Below, piece after piece: positions 1 to 8,726 of a stretch of 29,969 nucleotides of DNA. The first letter of the stretch is position 1. Every line of letters starts with the position of its first letter. The position numbers and the translations under genes were made by a program. Location of the stretch: IMG/VR virus record IMGVR_UViG_3300044698_000279, positions 1-29,969 of that record. The stretch is one strand, 5' to 3'. This DNA is from a virus (lineage: Duplodnaviria > Caudoviricetes). The notes below the pieces were generated by a model that searched no databases, was not told the origin of the DNA, and was given only the letters and a program-made list of their open reading frames with translations.

Positions 1-23
1 CTGACCGCTTTTAAAGCGGTCAG
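1..23. repeat. Perfect inverted repeat CTGACCGCTTT-T-AAAGCGGTCAG (REP-like hairpin/terminator), probably extending left of the window
   Basis: 11-bp arms are exact reverse complements; lies downstream of the early operon. Confidence 0.6.
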
Positions 24-234
24 GGCATTTATATTTCTCAGCGCCTCTGTGCCTCTGTGGTTGCTTTCCTCTTCACCGCTTCACGCCGCGTCATGCTGCG
101 GTGTACCCCACTACAATACTATACGGTAGAAACCACGCTTACTGCAACGGAATCGAACGGAATCTGCTGAAAATCACTGGTTTTGAGGGATAAATTTTCG
201 AGAATTGCAGCCTGATTTCAAGAAAATCGTGCTT

Positions 235-723
235 TCAATCCTCAAAATCATGGGTTTTAATGTTCGAAACATGGCTCATTTGTGGGTGATTATCGAACGC
301 AACCTCGTAATTCCATAGGGAAAGTTTCCCTTTTACGTTGATTATGGGGGTTTTAAATTCAATAGAATTTTCAACATGCCAATGGAATTTAGAATCTTTT
401 TCTGCCCATGACGGCCCTGGCCAAAAGTAACCAATATCTTTTAAATTCGTCATTCCAATAATTGCCGATTGCGGTAAGTCACCATGGAGAATCATTCGTC
501 TTTGATTATTATTTAAGGCTGCCCATTGGGAGTTTGTGAAAATATCTGACGGACAATCCATGTTATTATATTCGCGCTTTTTAGAATAGCGATCATCAAA
601 GTTTGCACAAGCATGAATTAGAAGTGGGCCTCGATAGCTGGTTTGCCAGTTTCTGTTTTCAACATCTTTAATATTCCATGCAATTAATGAGGCCCACGGT
701 TGTCGTATTGATAGGACTTTCAT
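235..723 (-). CDS. ASCH domain protein
   Basis: KVLSIRQPWASLI..KDVENRNW..YRGPLLIHA and KGKLSLW motifs; ATG at 723 overlaps the upstream stop (ATGA). Confidence 0.9.
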   Translation of the reverse strand: MKVLSIRQPWASLIAWNIKDVENRNWQTSYRGPLLIHACANFDDRYSKKREYNNMDCPSDIFTNSQWAALNNNQRRMILHGDLPQSAIIGMTNLKDIGYFWPGPSWAEKDSKFHWHVENSIEFKTPIINVKGKLSLWNYEVAFDNHPQMSHVSNIKTHDFED

Positions 724-926
724 TTCTCTACTTTTTGGATAAACCATTTACATGCAGGATTTTTAAGTTTAATTTTAAGCATCTTATTATTGGTACGATT
801 ACTGGATCTCGTCTTACAATAATAAATTATCTTTGAACCATAGCACAGACCTTGATGATGATTACAGTCTTTGCATCTGTTGATAACAGGCTGGAAAACA
901 GGTGGAGTAAATAATTGATCGTTCAT
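720..926 (-). CDS. Small Cys-rich hypothetical protein
   Basis: 68 aa, CKDC plus three further Cys; overlaps both neighbours. Confidence 0.7.
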   Translation of the reverse strand: MNDQLFTPPVFQPVINRCKDCNHHQGLCYGSKIIYYCKTRSSNRTNNKMLKIKLKNPACKWFIQKVEK

Positions 927-1204
927 TATGCAATTTCCGAAGTACCTTTGTTCTTATATTCTTCTACATATTTAATTGCTTCTTTTGCAACATCATGCAT
1001 AAAATTAACAGCTTCTTTTGAAGTACTAAAACCATCAAATTTACCTGGTGAAGTATTAATGCTTAATAGAATTTTATGTATTTGCTTACCTTTTAATCTG
1101 TACATAAAAGATGTCCATTTATTGCTATCTTTAATTTTCATAGCTTCAATTAAAATTTGATCAGGATAATTGCTATAAATTTCAAGTATCGTAATTAAAT
1201 CCAT
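926..1204 (-). CDS. Hypothetical protein
   Basis: 92 aa, tightly packed in the operon. Confidence 0.7.
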   Translation of the reverse strand: MDLITILEIYSNYPDQILIEAMKIKDSNKWTSFMYRLKGKQIHKILLSINTSPGKFDGFSTSKEAVNFMHDVAKEAIKYVEEYKNKGTSEIA

Positions 1205-1205
1205 T

Positions 1206-1775
1206 TCACACTTTCTTCAGGACCAGTGCTCTGAAATGTCCGTCTTTGCCTGCCATTACTTCACGGATTCTATCGTAGAAGTAGAGGACATTTTCGCCGT
1301 TTTTATTTTTGTAACCTTCTGACCAGTCACCCCACGGATCTGCACATATAAAGCCTCGACCATTGTAACCAACTAAACAGATTATATGTCCACCATGGGT
1401 AAATAAACCGCCTACAAGTACCGGGTGACCTGCGGCAAGGTGGTCTATTAATTGAACCATAGTCAGCCAGTTGTCTTTAAATGTTGCGCCATCTTTGTGG
1501 CCAATGGCATCGTCTGCCAGTTTTTCCAAAACGGCCCAAACCTGATTTAGGTGGTTAGCTCTGGCATAATCGGCAGTCCAAGCGCCCACATTTTTTAATG
1601 CCCAGACTTTGATTTCTGGGGCATTTGCTTGCTCGTAAAGTCGATCTTCATCAACTTCAATACCGACGCATGATAAACCCATTGCAAGGGACGTTACGTT
1701 GCAAGTTGCATAGGGTTGATGTTTGTTATCTCGCTGTGTTCGGTATTTGTATTTCATTACTTTTTCATTTTCCAT
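1206..1775 (-). CDS. Peptidase C39-like (papain-fold) protein, possible cell-wall hydrolase
   Basis: Q..TCNVTSLAM (catalytic Cys), GGHIICLVGY (His), DPWGDW; AGGAG RBS before ATG 1775. Confidence 0.8.
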   Translation of the reverse strand: MENEKVMKYKYRTQRDNKHQPYATCNVTSLAMGLSCVGIEVDEDRLYEQANAPEIKVWALKNVGAWTADYARANHLNQVWAVLEKLADDAIGHKDGATFKDNWLTMVQLIDHLAAGHPVLVGGLFTHGGHIICLVGYNGRGFICADPWGDWSEGYKNKNGENVLYFYDRIREVMAGKDGHFRALVLKKV

Positions 1776-1786
1776 GTGATTACTCC

Positions 1787-2002
1787 TTATACTTGAAATC
1801 CTTGTGGATATTTTGTTGTTAATGGTCTGTAATTTGGTTTGGCTACTTCGCCGCAATTCGGGCATTTCATTGTTGGAACTCCATTCTTGTGAAAATTCGC
1901 GTCATCGTAACCTTTACCTTCTTGTTCATACCCGCAATGTTCACATAAATAGATTGCCGTAAAATCACGGCGGTGTTGTTCAATTATTTCTTTAATAATC
2001 AT
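1787..2002 (-). CDS. Zinc-ribbon protein
   Basis: CEHC...CPNC, 71 aa, RBS AAGGAG. Confidence 0.8.
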   Translation of the reverse strand: MIIKEIIEQHRRDFTAIYLCEHCGYEQEGKGYDDANFHKNGVPTMKCPNCGEVAKPNYRPLTTKYPQGFQV

Positions 2003-2004
2003 CT

Positions 2005-2418
2005 TTACGCTCCTTGATTTTCTTTTTTGCTCAATATTATTTTTAACGCTTCTATCAGTGATTGGGCTTGTCGGCTGGTAAGTTGATTTACGTTTTTTCG
2101 GTATTGTCGTTGAGCAAATTTATTCATTTGCTCGAGATCCCATGCCATTTCTCCGCCAAGGGTTTCGATCTTGCACATTTGTTCATCTGTTATCAGCCAG
2201 ATTATATTCTTACCCTTGGCTTTTGATTGGCCCGGAAGGATTTCTTTCAGCATCGTTGATATTACCAGATTGGATTCTTTAACGGTCAGTTCTTTGATGG
2301 ATTTTTTTTTGGTTAGCGTGTAAACGAAGTCGTGCAGCATTTCGTTATCCATACCTAGTTTTGTTCGGCCAAGTACGTTAATTTTCTGGATTTTCTTTTT
2401 AAGTTCAGGATTATGCAT
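2005..2418 (-). CDS. Mu gp16/GemA-like (DUF1018) protein
   Basis: IQKINVLGRTKLGMDNEML...TKKKSIKELT and C-terminal LTSRQAQSLIEALK pattern; typical position in Mu-like early operons. Confidence 0.75.
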   Translation of the reverse strand: MHNPELKKKIQKINVLGRTKLGMDNEMLHDFVYTLTKKKSIKELTVKESNLVISTMLKEILPGQSKAKGKNIIWLITDEQMCKIETLGGEMAWDLEQMNKFAQRQYRKNVNQLTSRQAQSLIEALKIILSKKENQGA

Positions 2419-2725
2419 CGATAGAACCCTCAATAATAGATTGAGCGACTTCAAAAATGTTATCAACATCAATTGATAAGCTACAGAATATCATTCTACC
2501 ACTGAGTTTATTTACTTCCTTGTAAATATTTAAGAATATTCCTATAGCGGCCGCGTTAATGGACGGGACTTCTTTCATGTTTAGAATGATTATTGGGTTT
2601 TCATTATTTATAATTAACGATTCGAGTGAGTATGCCAAATCGAATTCCATTCCGGATTTTATCGAACCTACAATATTCACAATCGGTATATTAAAGCCCG
2701 CATATTTAACTATTTCGATTTTCAT
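2411..2725 (-). CDS. STAS-domain anti-sigma-factor antagonist (SpoIIAA/RsbV-like) lacking the phosphoacceptor Ser
   Basis: IILNMKEVPSINAAAIGIFLNIYKEVNKLSGRMIFCSLSIDVDNIFE follows the SpoIIAA pattern; AGAGG RBS before ATG 2725. Confidence 0.8.
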   Translation of the reverse strand: MKIEIVKYAGFNIPIVNIVGSIKSGMEFDLAYSLESLIINNENPIIILNMKEVPSINAAAIGIFLNIYKEVNKLSGRMIFCSLSIDVDNIFEVAQSIIEGSIDA

Positions 2726-2886
2726 TTTACCTCTACTTTTTCCGAACACGATTTACATTCACCATCTTCAGACCAGTTTGGGGAGCATACATCACAAAGA
2801 ATGTCGCCGCATTTTTCACAATTCCCCCAGGCTGAATCATAATTTGTGTGATCTATTATTGTACCGCATTTGTCGCATTTTAACAT
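2722..2886 (-). CDS. 54-aa protein with four CxxC motifs (not in ORF track)
   Basis: MLKCDKCG...NCEKCGDILCDVC...ECKSCSEKVEVK; AAGGAAAG RBS; stop overlaps STAS start (ATGA). Confidence 0.8.
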   Translation of the reverse strand: MLKCDKCGTIIDHTNYDSAWGNCEKCGDILCDVCSPNWSEDGECKSCSEKVEVK

Positions 2887-2899
2887 TGCTCTTTCCTTT

Positions 2900-3337
2900 T
2901 TAATTTCTCATATTTTTTCGCTGTTTAGCGATTTGCGCATAAATAAAATCTCGTCTATTTTCGAAGTCTTTCAGTTTTGCCTCTTTCATATTTTCTTTAT
3001 ATTTTTCATTTTTGAGATCTGACAGGTAAATTTGTGAGTCTGCAATAATCTGGTCCAGTTTATGATGTTTGTCTGTGAGTTCGGAATCTTTATTTGCAAC
3101 GAGAAGTATTCTCCTGTCGAGTTCTAAATGTTTCAGGTTGTATTCGCGTTCAATTATTCTGATGGCTTTTTTTTGAGCCGCATTTAGTTGTTTGATCTGC
3201 CTGTCTTTTTCTGCAAGTTCCAGGCGTTTCTCGTTATTTAACTTCGTTGCCTGTTCTTTCAATAGTCTTTTGGTTTGGATTGAATTACGGAGTGTGAGTT
3301 TATTTAAAATTCGTTTTAATTTTTTGTTTATTATCAT
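2900..3337 (-). CDS. Coiled-coil hypothetical protein
   Basis: 145 aa, K/E/L-rich helical; AGGAG RBS. Confidence 0.75.
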   Translation of the reverse strand: MIINKKLKRILNKLTLRNSIQTKRLLKEQATKLNNEKRLELAEKDRQIKQLNAAQKKAIRIIEREYNLKHLELDRRILLVANKDSELTDKHHKLDQIIADSQIYLSDLKNEKYKENMKEAKLKDFENRRDFIYAQIAKQRKNMRN

Positions 3338-3367
3338 CTGCTTGCTCCTTTTGTTTTTTTGTTCTAC

Positions 3368-3397
3368 CCTGCCTCGGTTTACTTGTCCCGAGGCAGG
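3368..3397. other. GC-rich intergenic stem-loop (CCTGCCTCGG-N10-CCGAGGCAGG)
   Basis: Perfect 10-bp stem downstream of gam; no U-tract on the minus strand, so not a classic terminator. Confidence 0.5.
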
Positions 3398-3440
3398 CGA
3401 GTAAATTCAGAAAACGGAATCTTTCCTGAAAATGCTTTCA

Positions 3441-4028
3441 TTATGCTGCCTTTTTTGTTTCAACCGGAAATTCCATCTCAAAATCAATATCAGCCAGATT
3501 CGGTTTGATGTAAAAAGTTTCTGAATCATCTGCTATCTCAACATTGATTAATGACTTTGCTTTTGCTTGATTTTTTTCCTGAAGAATTGTTGTTTTATCC
3601 AATTCAATTTTTACTTTTAAGAAAATTTTTGTTAGCTTTTTACAAAAATTATCATAGGCAGTGGTTAAGTTATTTTTATCCAAAATAGTTTTTAAGTACT
3701 TTTGAGTCATCTTCGTGGTTACTGAATCTGGATTTTTTCTGTAACCTATTGTCCCGGTAGAGAACTTCCTGCTTTTATTCTTTTCATCTTTACCAAGTAG
3801 AGCTTTTCGGTTTTTATTTGCATAAGCTGTAATTGCAGTTGCCAAGTCAGCAATCTGTTCATCGAGTGGATTAACTCTATTTGCAAATTTTTCTTGTATG
3901 CTCGTTATTTTTGCCTGGTATTCGGAAAGCTCAAGATTTGCCTCTGCATTCAAACTGATTTTCTTTTGCTGTAAATCACCTATCTCTTTGAGAGCAATTG
4001 CGATTTCATCTATACTGTTAATTTTCAT
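3441..4028 (-). CDS. gam: Mu Gam-like host-nuclease inhibitor
   Basis: N-terminal coiled coil then YANKNRKALL...KSRKFSTGTIGYRKNP, ending ETFYIKP. Confidence 0.85.
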   Translation of the reverse strand: MKINSIDEIAIALKEIGDLQQKKISLNAEANLELSEYQAKITSIQEKFANRVNPLDEQIADLATAITAYANKNRKALLGKDEKNKSRKFSTGTIGYRKNPDSVTTKMTQKYLKTILDKNNLTTAYDNFCKKLTKIFLKVKIELDKTTILQEKNQAKAKSLINVEIADDSETFYIKPNLADIDFEMEFPVETKKAA

Positions 4029-4279
4029 TTTTTAACATCCTTTTTTGGTTTTTTTGTTGATTTCGCTTTTGGCATTTTTTGCTTAATCGCTACTTTCTTT
4101 TTAGAAATTTTAATCGTATCCTTGTTTTTTTGGGCACGATCTGCTTCAATCTTGCCAGGCTCCCGCGGAGTCATACTGGCTTCATCGATATCAGCTGTGG
4201 AAACTGGCGGTAGACTCGAAGTGGTCTGTGTTGGTTTTGGTTTCTTAAACCGGAAAAAGTTTTTTATTTTTTCTAACAT
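4025..4279 (-). CDS. Basic hypothetical protein
   Basis: 84 aa, Lys-rich; AAGGA RBS; ATGA overlap with gam. Confidence 0.7.
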   Translation of the reverse strand: MLEKIKNFFRFKKPKPTQTTSSLPPVSTADIDEASMTPREPGKIEADRAQKNKDTIKISKKKVAIKQKMPKAKSTKKPKKDVKK

Positions 4280-4388
4280 AATTTTCCTTTACAGCCTTTG
4301 CGGGCTGTGCTTTGTTGTTTTGTTAAAAAACATATACCTTTTGAAGGCCTCTCTTGCTTCCCGCTTGGGCGGCCTTTTTTATTTTGTA

Positions 4389-5393
4389 TCATGCGTGTTG
4401 TACCTGTCTTTGTACTTTTCTTGATTTTACCAGCGCCGCTTTTTCTTCCTGTTCGTTTAACATGTCTTCAAGACCGGTTAACATGTTCTGCGCCTTTTCG
4501 GTGGTATCAGCCTTGCCGCTGACAGCCTTGTGCAGGTGGCCCGGATCACAGTGAATACCAGTTCGTTGTGTTATCAACGCTGCCGCTTCACGATAGCTCA
4601 GGCCGCTTGCCTTGAATCTCTTTGGCAGGTCCCTCATGAAATACGTGTGCATATCCGTATCTGAAAGACTTGTTTTGCCCTCGAAAAAGAACTTTAAATT
4701 TCGGATTCGTTTTTCCATTGCCGCCGGTGTTGCCAGCGTATTTGCCAGAAGGCGAACAGTTGCTTTTTTGTCGAGCTTGAGACCTGCCGCTGAAACGAAA
4801 GCTTTCATTTCTTCGATGGTAAGAAATTCCATGTGATGCGTATCGAATCTGAGACCGAGTTCAGTAGGCCGGATCATATCGCTCAGTTCTTCTTTACCAA
4901 AAAGAACAATCGAAAACAGAAACTGCCTGCCGTGTGTTCCACCCAACTCATGTATTTTTTTAAGCCCGTAAAGTGTCGCCGGATGCAGGTCTTGTGCTTC
5001 GTCTATGCACAATACCAGTTTTTGCCGTGATGACTGACTGAGCAATATTCGCTTCAATTGAGTTGCCCGGGCAATCACATCTTGCGCAGGCGCTTCGCCG
5101 GTTAGCGCCCGGATCATTTGCTTTGCAATCGAGCCAGTTAGTTCCCTGCCTTTAATTAATGCCGGCAATATGTCTATGACTGTATGCCGCTTCTCGCGTA
5201 GCTTGCCCATGAGAAGATTTTTAATCTCTGACTTGCCAAGGCCAGTTGATCCAATGATTGCGACCATTCTGTCATTTTTGACCGCATCCATGATTTTTCT
5301 ATCTGCCGCCACGAAGCTTTTGGTTGGTACAAAGTCCGCCACGGTCTTTAGTTCATTTCCTGAGTTTTCATTGTTCTCATTTTGAATCTGCAT
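4389..5393 (-). CDS. MuB-like/ExeA-type AAA+ transposition ATPase with C-terminal HTH
   Basis: Walker A GSTGLGKS, Walker B LCIDEAQ; directly downstream of transposase. Confidence 0.9.
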   Translation of the reverse strand: MQIQNENNENSGNELKTVADFVPTKSFVAADRKIMDAVKNDRMVAIIGSTGLGKSEIKNLLMGKLREKRHTVIDILPALIKGRELTGSIAKQMIRALTGEAPAQDVIARATQLKRILLSQSSRQKLVLCIDEAQDLHPATLYGLKKIHELGGTHGRQFLFSIVLFGKEELSDMIRPTELGLRFDTHHMEFLTIEEMKAFVSAAGLKLDKKATVRLLANTLATPAAMEKRIRNLKFFFEGKTSLSDTDMHTYFMRDLPKRFKASGLSYREAAALITQRTGIHCDPGHLHKAVSGKADTTEKAQNMLTGLEDMLNEQEEKAALVKSRKVQRQVQHA

Positions 5394-7047
5394 AAATATC
5401 TCCTTGTAAATTTGTAATAATCATGTTGTGTATTTTAAGTACTGTGTTTCGTTCGATCGGCAGCCCGGCTTCGACCGATGAATTGAAGATTTTGTCGATC
5501 ATTTCGCGGTAGTCCTCTTTGAGCTCACCCCGAGGGATACCCGTCGAGTTTGCCAAATACAGCCAGGCTTCTTCTGCAGTTTCGTATTGATCGGCCGGTG
5601 CCGGGGCGTTGCCCTGGAATGCCTCGCCTCTGGGCGGCAGGGTAATGACGTTTTTGTTTTTATCTTTGATGTACAGGTCGTCGGGGATAATTGTGTTTTT
5701 GATTTTCTGGCCTTCGACTATTGCAAAAGCCCGGAGTCTGTCAGCGTCGGTTTTTGGCATGGCGTGATAAGATTCGCCAATGACAGCCTGTCGTTTGCCA
5801 GCCGGATCAAGGATGTGCTGGCGGCCCTGTGGATCTTGTGCGATCATCGAACCATCAAATTGATGAATGATTTCAACTCGCGTTCCCCTGGGTAAGTCGG
5901 GAGCTACAAAATATTCATGGGCATCTACACTTACACAACCATACGCATTGATACTGCGCCCAAAGGAATCAGCCAGAGAAAGTTCGAGGTCACGCTCGGT
6001 GACTGTTCTCAGGTTTGTGAGATACTTTTGGTATGTTTGGGAGTAACCCATATTGTTGCAGTATGAATTATTGTTTGTTTGAAGAAAGTGGTTAAAATAC
6101 TCAATATCATTGAATCTGTCATGGATATTTAAAAGCGCCATGCGGCGTTCAAACATCTGCTTTATAACACCAATTCTACGCTCGACTTTGCCCTTTGCTC
6201 TGGAATTGCCAGGCATGTGAATTTCTTGCTGGATGTAAAAGAAATCGGTTAATCTATTGATGTCGGCGGCTTTATACGGGTTTCCTTTGTCTGAATAAAA
6301 TATTTCGGGGATACCTTGCAAGATATTGTTGTTTTTGGGCAACATTCCTGCTTTAATTGTTGAAAACCAATCACCGGAGTTTTCACCGAGGTGGTAATCG
6401 GCAAACGCCTGAATGTACGATTGATTTGAAAACCAGTCGATGATACAGTATATCCAGATTTTTTTCAGCCCAAGTTTTCTGATTCTGTCATCGCGGTGCA
6501 TTGTGTCCCGCGATAATTCCGGGTCATACAGTATTTTGCCTTTTTCTCTCAGGTAAAATTGAGCTGCCACAGTTGCATCAATTGCCCAGACATGGTTTGG
6601 GTATTTTGCAATCAGTTCAACAGCCGCTACAGGTGCATCAAAGTTTTTCAGGGTAAGCCCCAGTTTGCGCATGTGGCGGTTTATTGTGCTTGCTGAATAC
6701 TTTTGACTGAGAACACCGAAATCGCCAGACAGGACCTCAAGAGTCTGGACGGTACTCAGAGCGCCGCCACCTTTTGTTTTCGTTTGCTGCTGGGCGCCTA
6801 CAATCGCAAGAAGGTCCCGCTGAAATGTATCTTGATCGGCAACCCGGACTTTACCGGCATCAACTCGTTTCGGGGTATAAAATCCATGTGTATTAAATTC
6901 ACGGATTCTGCGGTAAATGGCGTGGTAGCTCATGCCCCATTTTTTACCCTCTGCCTCAAGGTACTTTTTTTTCTCGCGGTGCGGCAGATCTTGCCAACGC
7001 CGCATGATGCTCATAAAAATTGAATATGGCAGCTCTTTTTTCTTCAT
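5377..7047 (-). CDS. Mu-like DDE transposase
   Basis: WAIDAT (D1), YSDKGNPY (D2), NSRAKGKVERRIG (E); N-terminal HTH regions; GGAGG RBS. Confidence 0.93.
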   Translation of the reverse strand: MKKKELPYSIFMSIMRRWQDLPHREKKKYLEAEGKKWGMSYHAIYRRIREFNTHGFYTPKRVDAGKVRVADQDTFQRDLLAIVGAQQQTKTKGGGALSTVQTLEVLSGDFGVLSQKYSASTINRHMRKLGLTLKNFDAPVAAVELIAKYPNHVWAIDATVAAQFYLREKGKILYDPELSRDTMHRDDRIRKLGLKKIWIYCIIDWFSNQSYIQAFADYHLGENSGDWFSTIKAGMLPKNNNILQGIPEIFYSDKGNPYKAADINRLTDFFYIQQEIHMPGNSRAKGKVERRIGVIKQMFERRMALLNIHDRFNDIEYFNHFLQTNNNSYCNNMGYSQTYQKYLTNLRTVTERDLELSLADSFGRSINAYGCVSVDAHEYFVAPDLPRGTRVEIIHQFDGSMIAQDPQGRQHILDPAGKRQAVIGESYHAMPKTDADRLRAFAIVEGQKIKNTIIPDDLYIKDKNKNVITLPPRGEAFQGNAPAPADQYETAEEAWLYLANSTGIPRGELKEDYREMIDKIFNSSVEAGLPIERNTVLKIHNMIITNLQGDIYADSK

Positions 7048-7072
7048 ACCTTCCTCCGAAAAATTAAACTGC

Positions 7073-7894
7073 TTATTTGTTACCCGCTGAAAGCAGGTGG
7101 TGAAAATACTTGTCTTGCAGGGCCGACAGCGCCGTAATCGCCCCGGTTATAACTCCGGAAAATTCATTGATAATTTCAGGGTCTTCGGTTTCAATGTTGT
7201 TGAGTTCCTGAATGGTTACAGACATGCTGCCGCGTGCAGACATAAGTGTTGATAGAATCTCACGTTTGTCTTTGATCGCTCGGATTCGTTCGCCGCCGGC
7301 GAGTTGTTCAAGTTCATCTGCAAGTTTTTTGTTTTCTTCTGATTCGAGTTTGAATTTTGTGACATCCTGTTTAAGGTTTTTGGTTTTGGCTTTTAACTGG
7401 CGAACTTCGTTTGTAAGTTCCGCGTTTGACATTTCTTTTAACTCATCCAGAGTAATGACGTTTCCCTCTGAATCTGTGTACTCGCCATTTTTCAGTTGAT
7501 CTGCCTTTGCGGCGTCTTTTCTGACTTGTTCCAGAAATCTGTGTGGAAGGGATGCGATATCATTAAAATGTTCGGAGTCGCAAAAACTGTCAGCAATACT
7601 CAATAGCCTCTGTGTATGCCGGGGACTGTACATCAGAAATCGCTCGGTGTATTCTTTGAAAGAATCACAACCCCGGAATAGATAATACTTATTGTCACGA
7701 ATGGTTTTCAATGACATTGCCAGAACGCTCATTGAATTGGAAATCTGGGTCTCTGCCTGAAGCATCTGTGAAACGGCTTCTCTGGTTACTTGCACCTGAA
7801 TGCCGGTTTCGGGGTCGGTGATTACCTCGCCAATTTTTGCGAGTTCATCAGGATTGATTTTTTCTGGTAGTTGTTCTTCGTTATCTCTTTTCAT
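7073..7894 (-). CDS. DUF3102-like protein with C-terminal coiled coil
   Basis: LKTIRDNKYY...SFKEYTERFLMYSPRHTQRLLSIA pattern; usual slot upstream of the transposase in B3-type phages. Confidence 0.6.
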   Translation of the reverse strand: MKRDNEEQLPEKINPDELAKIGEVITDPETGIQVQVTREAVSQMLQAETQISNSMSVLAMSLKTIRDNKYYLFRGCDSFKEYTERFLMYSPRHTQRLLSIADSFCDSEHFNDIASLPHRFLEQVRKDAAKADQLKNGEYTDSEGNVITLDELKEMSNAELTNEVRQLKAKTKNLKQDVTKFKLESEENKKLADELEQLAGGERIRAIKDKREILSTLMSARGSMSVTIQELNNIETEDPEIINEFSGVITGAITALSALQDKYFHHLLSAGNK

Positions 7895-7907
7895 TTTGAT
7901 TTCCTTT

Positions 7908-8135
7908 TTAGTTTAACATGCTGATTTTTATTTTTTGTAATAGTTTTTTTTTAAGTTCTGTATCGATTCTATAGTTGTTATGCTCTTTCATCAGGAAGCC
8001 TGCCTTTTCGAGTTTCTCTAAATAGTTGTAGGTTGACCGCTCTGGCAGGCCGAGTTTTAACGCGATCTCTCTGCCGTAGAAAACATCGCCGGGGTTATTG
8101 AGCATGAACATGAGTACTTGCAACAAGCGGATCAT
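7908..8135 (-). CDS. Winged-HTH DNA-binding protein
   Basis: REIALKLGLPERSTYNYLEKLEKAGFL...NNYRI. Confidence 0.8.
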   Translation of the reverse strand: MIRLLQVLMFMLNNPGDVFYGREIALKLGLPERSTYNYLEKLEKAGFLMKEHNNYRIDTELKKKLLQKIKISMLN

Positions 8136-8392
8136 ATTTTGCCGTTCTCGTCCATTGGTCTCATGTTGCCAGACAGGGCTTCGCTGTAAATTCGTGACAT
8201 GATTTTACAGGCATAAGCCGTGCCTTTAATTTGTTTTAGTCTGGCCATGATCGTTGCCTGATTGATGAGATACTGATGAGCAATGCTATATTCACCGGCA
8301 CATGCCGCTTGCAGATAATCTCTGACCGTGTTGTCCAAAAGTGTTTCGATCAACTCAATAGCCTTTGTCAGGGTAATGTCGTTCTGGTTCAT
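8132..8392 (-). CDS. Hypothetical protein
   Basis: ATG 8392 with GGAG RBS; ATGA overlaps on both sides. Confidence 0.7.
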   Translation of the reverse strand: MNQNDITLTKAIELIETLLDNTVRDYLQAACAGEYSIAHQYLINQATIMARLKQIKGTAYACKIMSRIYSEALSGNMRPMDENGKI

Positions 8393-8526
8393 AATCGACT
8401 CCATATTGCAAGCGCGGTCGTGATCGCCAGACCTGCGATATACAAGTAAGCTCGAAGTTTCAGAGGGTTCTTGAATGTGCCTCGCGGCCTGTGACGGTCG
8501 ACCGGCAATAGTTCATGTAGTTTCAT
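8389..8526 (-). CDS. 45-aa small membrane protein (not in ORF track)
   Basis: MKLHELLPVDRHRPRGTFKNPLKLRAYLYIAGLAITTALAIWSRL; AAGGAGA RBS; ATGA overlaps on both sides. Confidence 0.7.
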   Translation of the reverse strand: MKLHELLPVDRHRPRGTFKNPLKLRAYLYIAGLAITTALAIWSRL

Positions 8527-8726
8527 ATACTCTCCTTTTGTTTTTTAATATCAGGAATAAGTTCAAGGACGCCATCCTGGACGAGTTCGATTTCTCTGAC
8601 CATGTGGCTCATTGCCAATTCTCCCAGGCTTTTTATCGTGGAATAATAATTCCCATAACCCACGTTGTCATCACTGCTGATCGACTGTGTGTGTTTACCA
8701 AGTTCAATGGTTACTGTGACTTTCAT
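8523..8726 (-). CDS. Hypothetical protein
   Basis: 67 aa, GGAGG RBS. Confidence 0.7.
   Translation of the reverse strand: MKVTVTIELGKHTQSISSDDNVGYGNYYSTIKSLGELAMSHMVREIELVQDGVLELIPDIKKQKESI

Noticed and set aside
1776-1865. N-terminal extension of the C39 ORF in the track (likewise extensions of ASCH, GemA, 9373..9645, 19454 and 19953 ORFs)
   Set aside because: Overlap upstream genes or promoters; downstream ATGs have better RBS, coupling or promoter fit
4291-4385. Weak hairpins with T-tracts between the ATPase and next gene
   Set aside because: Short stems, and T-tracts lie on the plus strand, so cannot be supported as early-operon terminators
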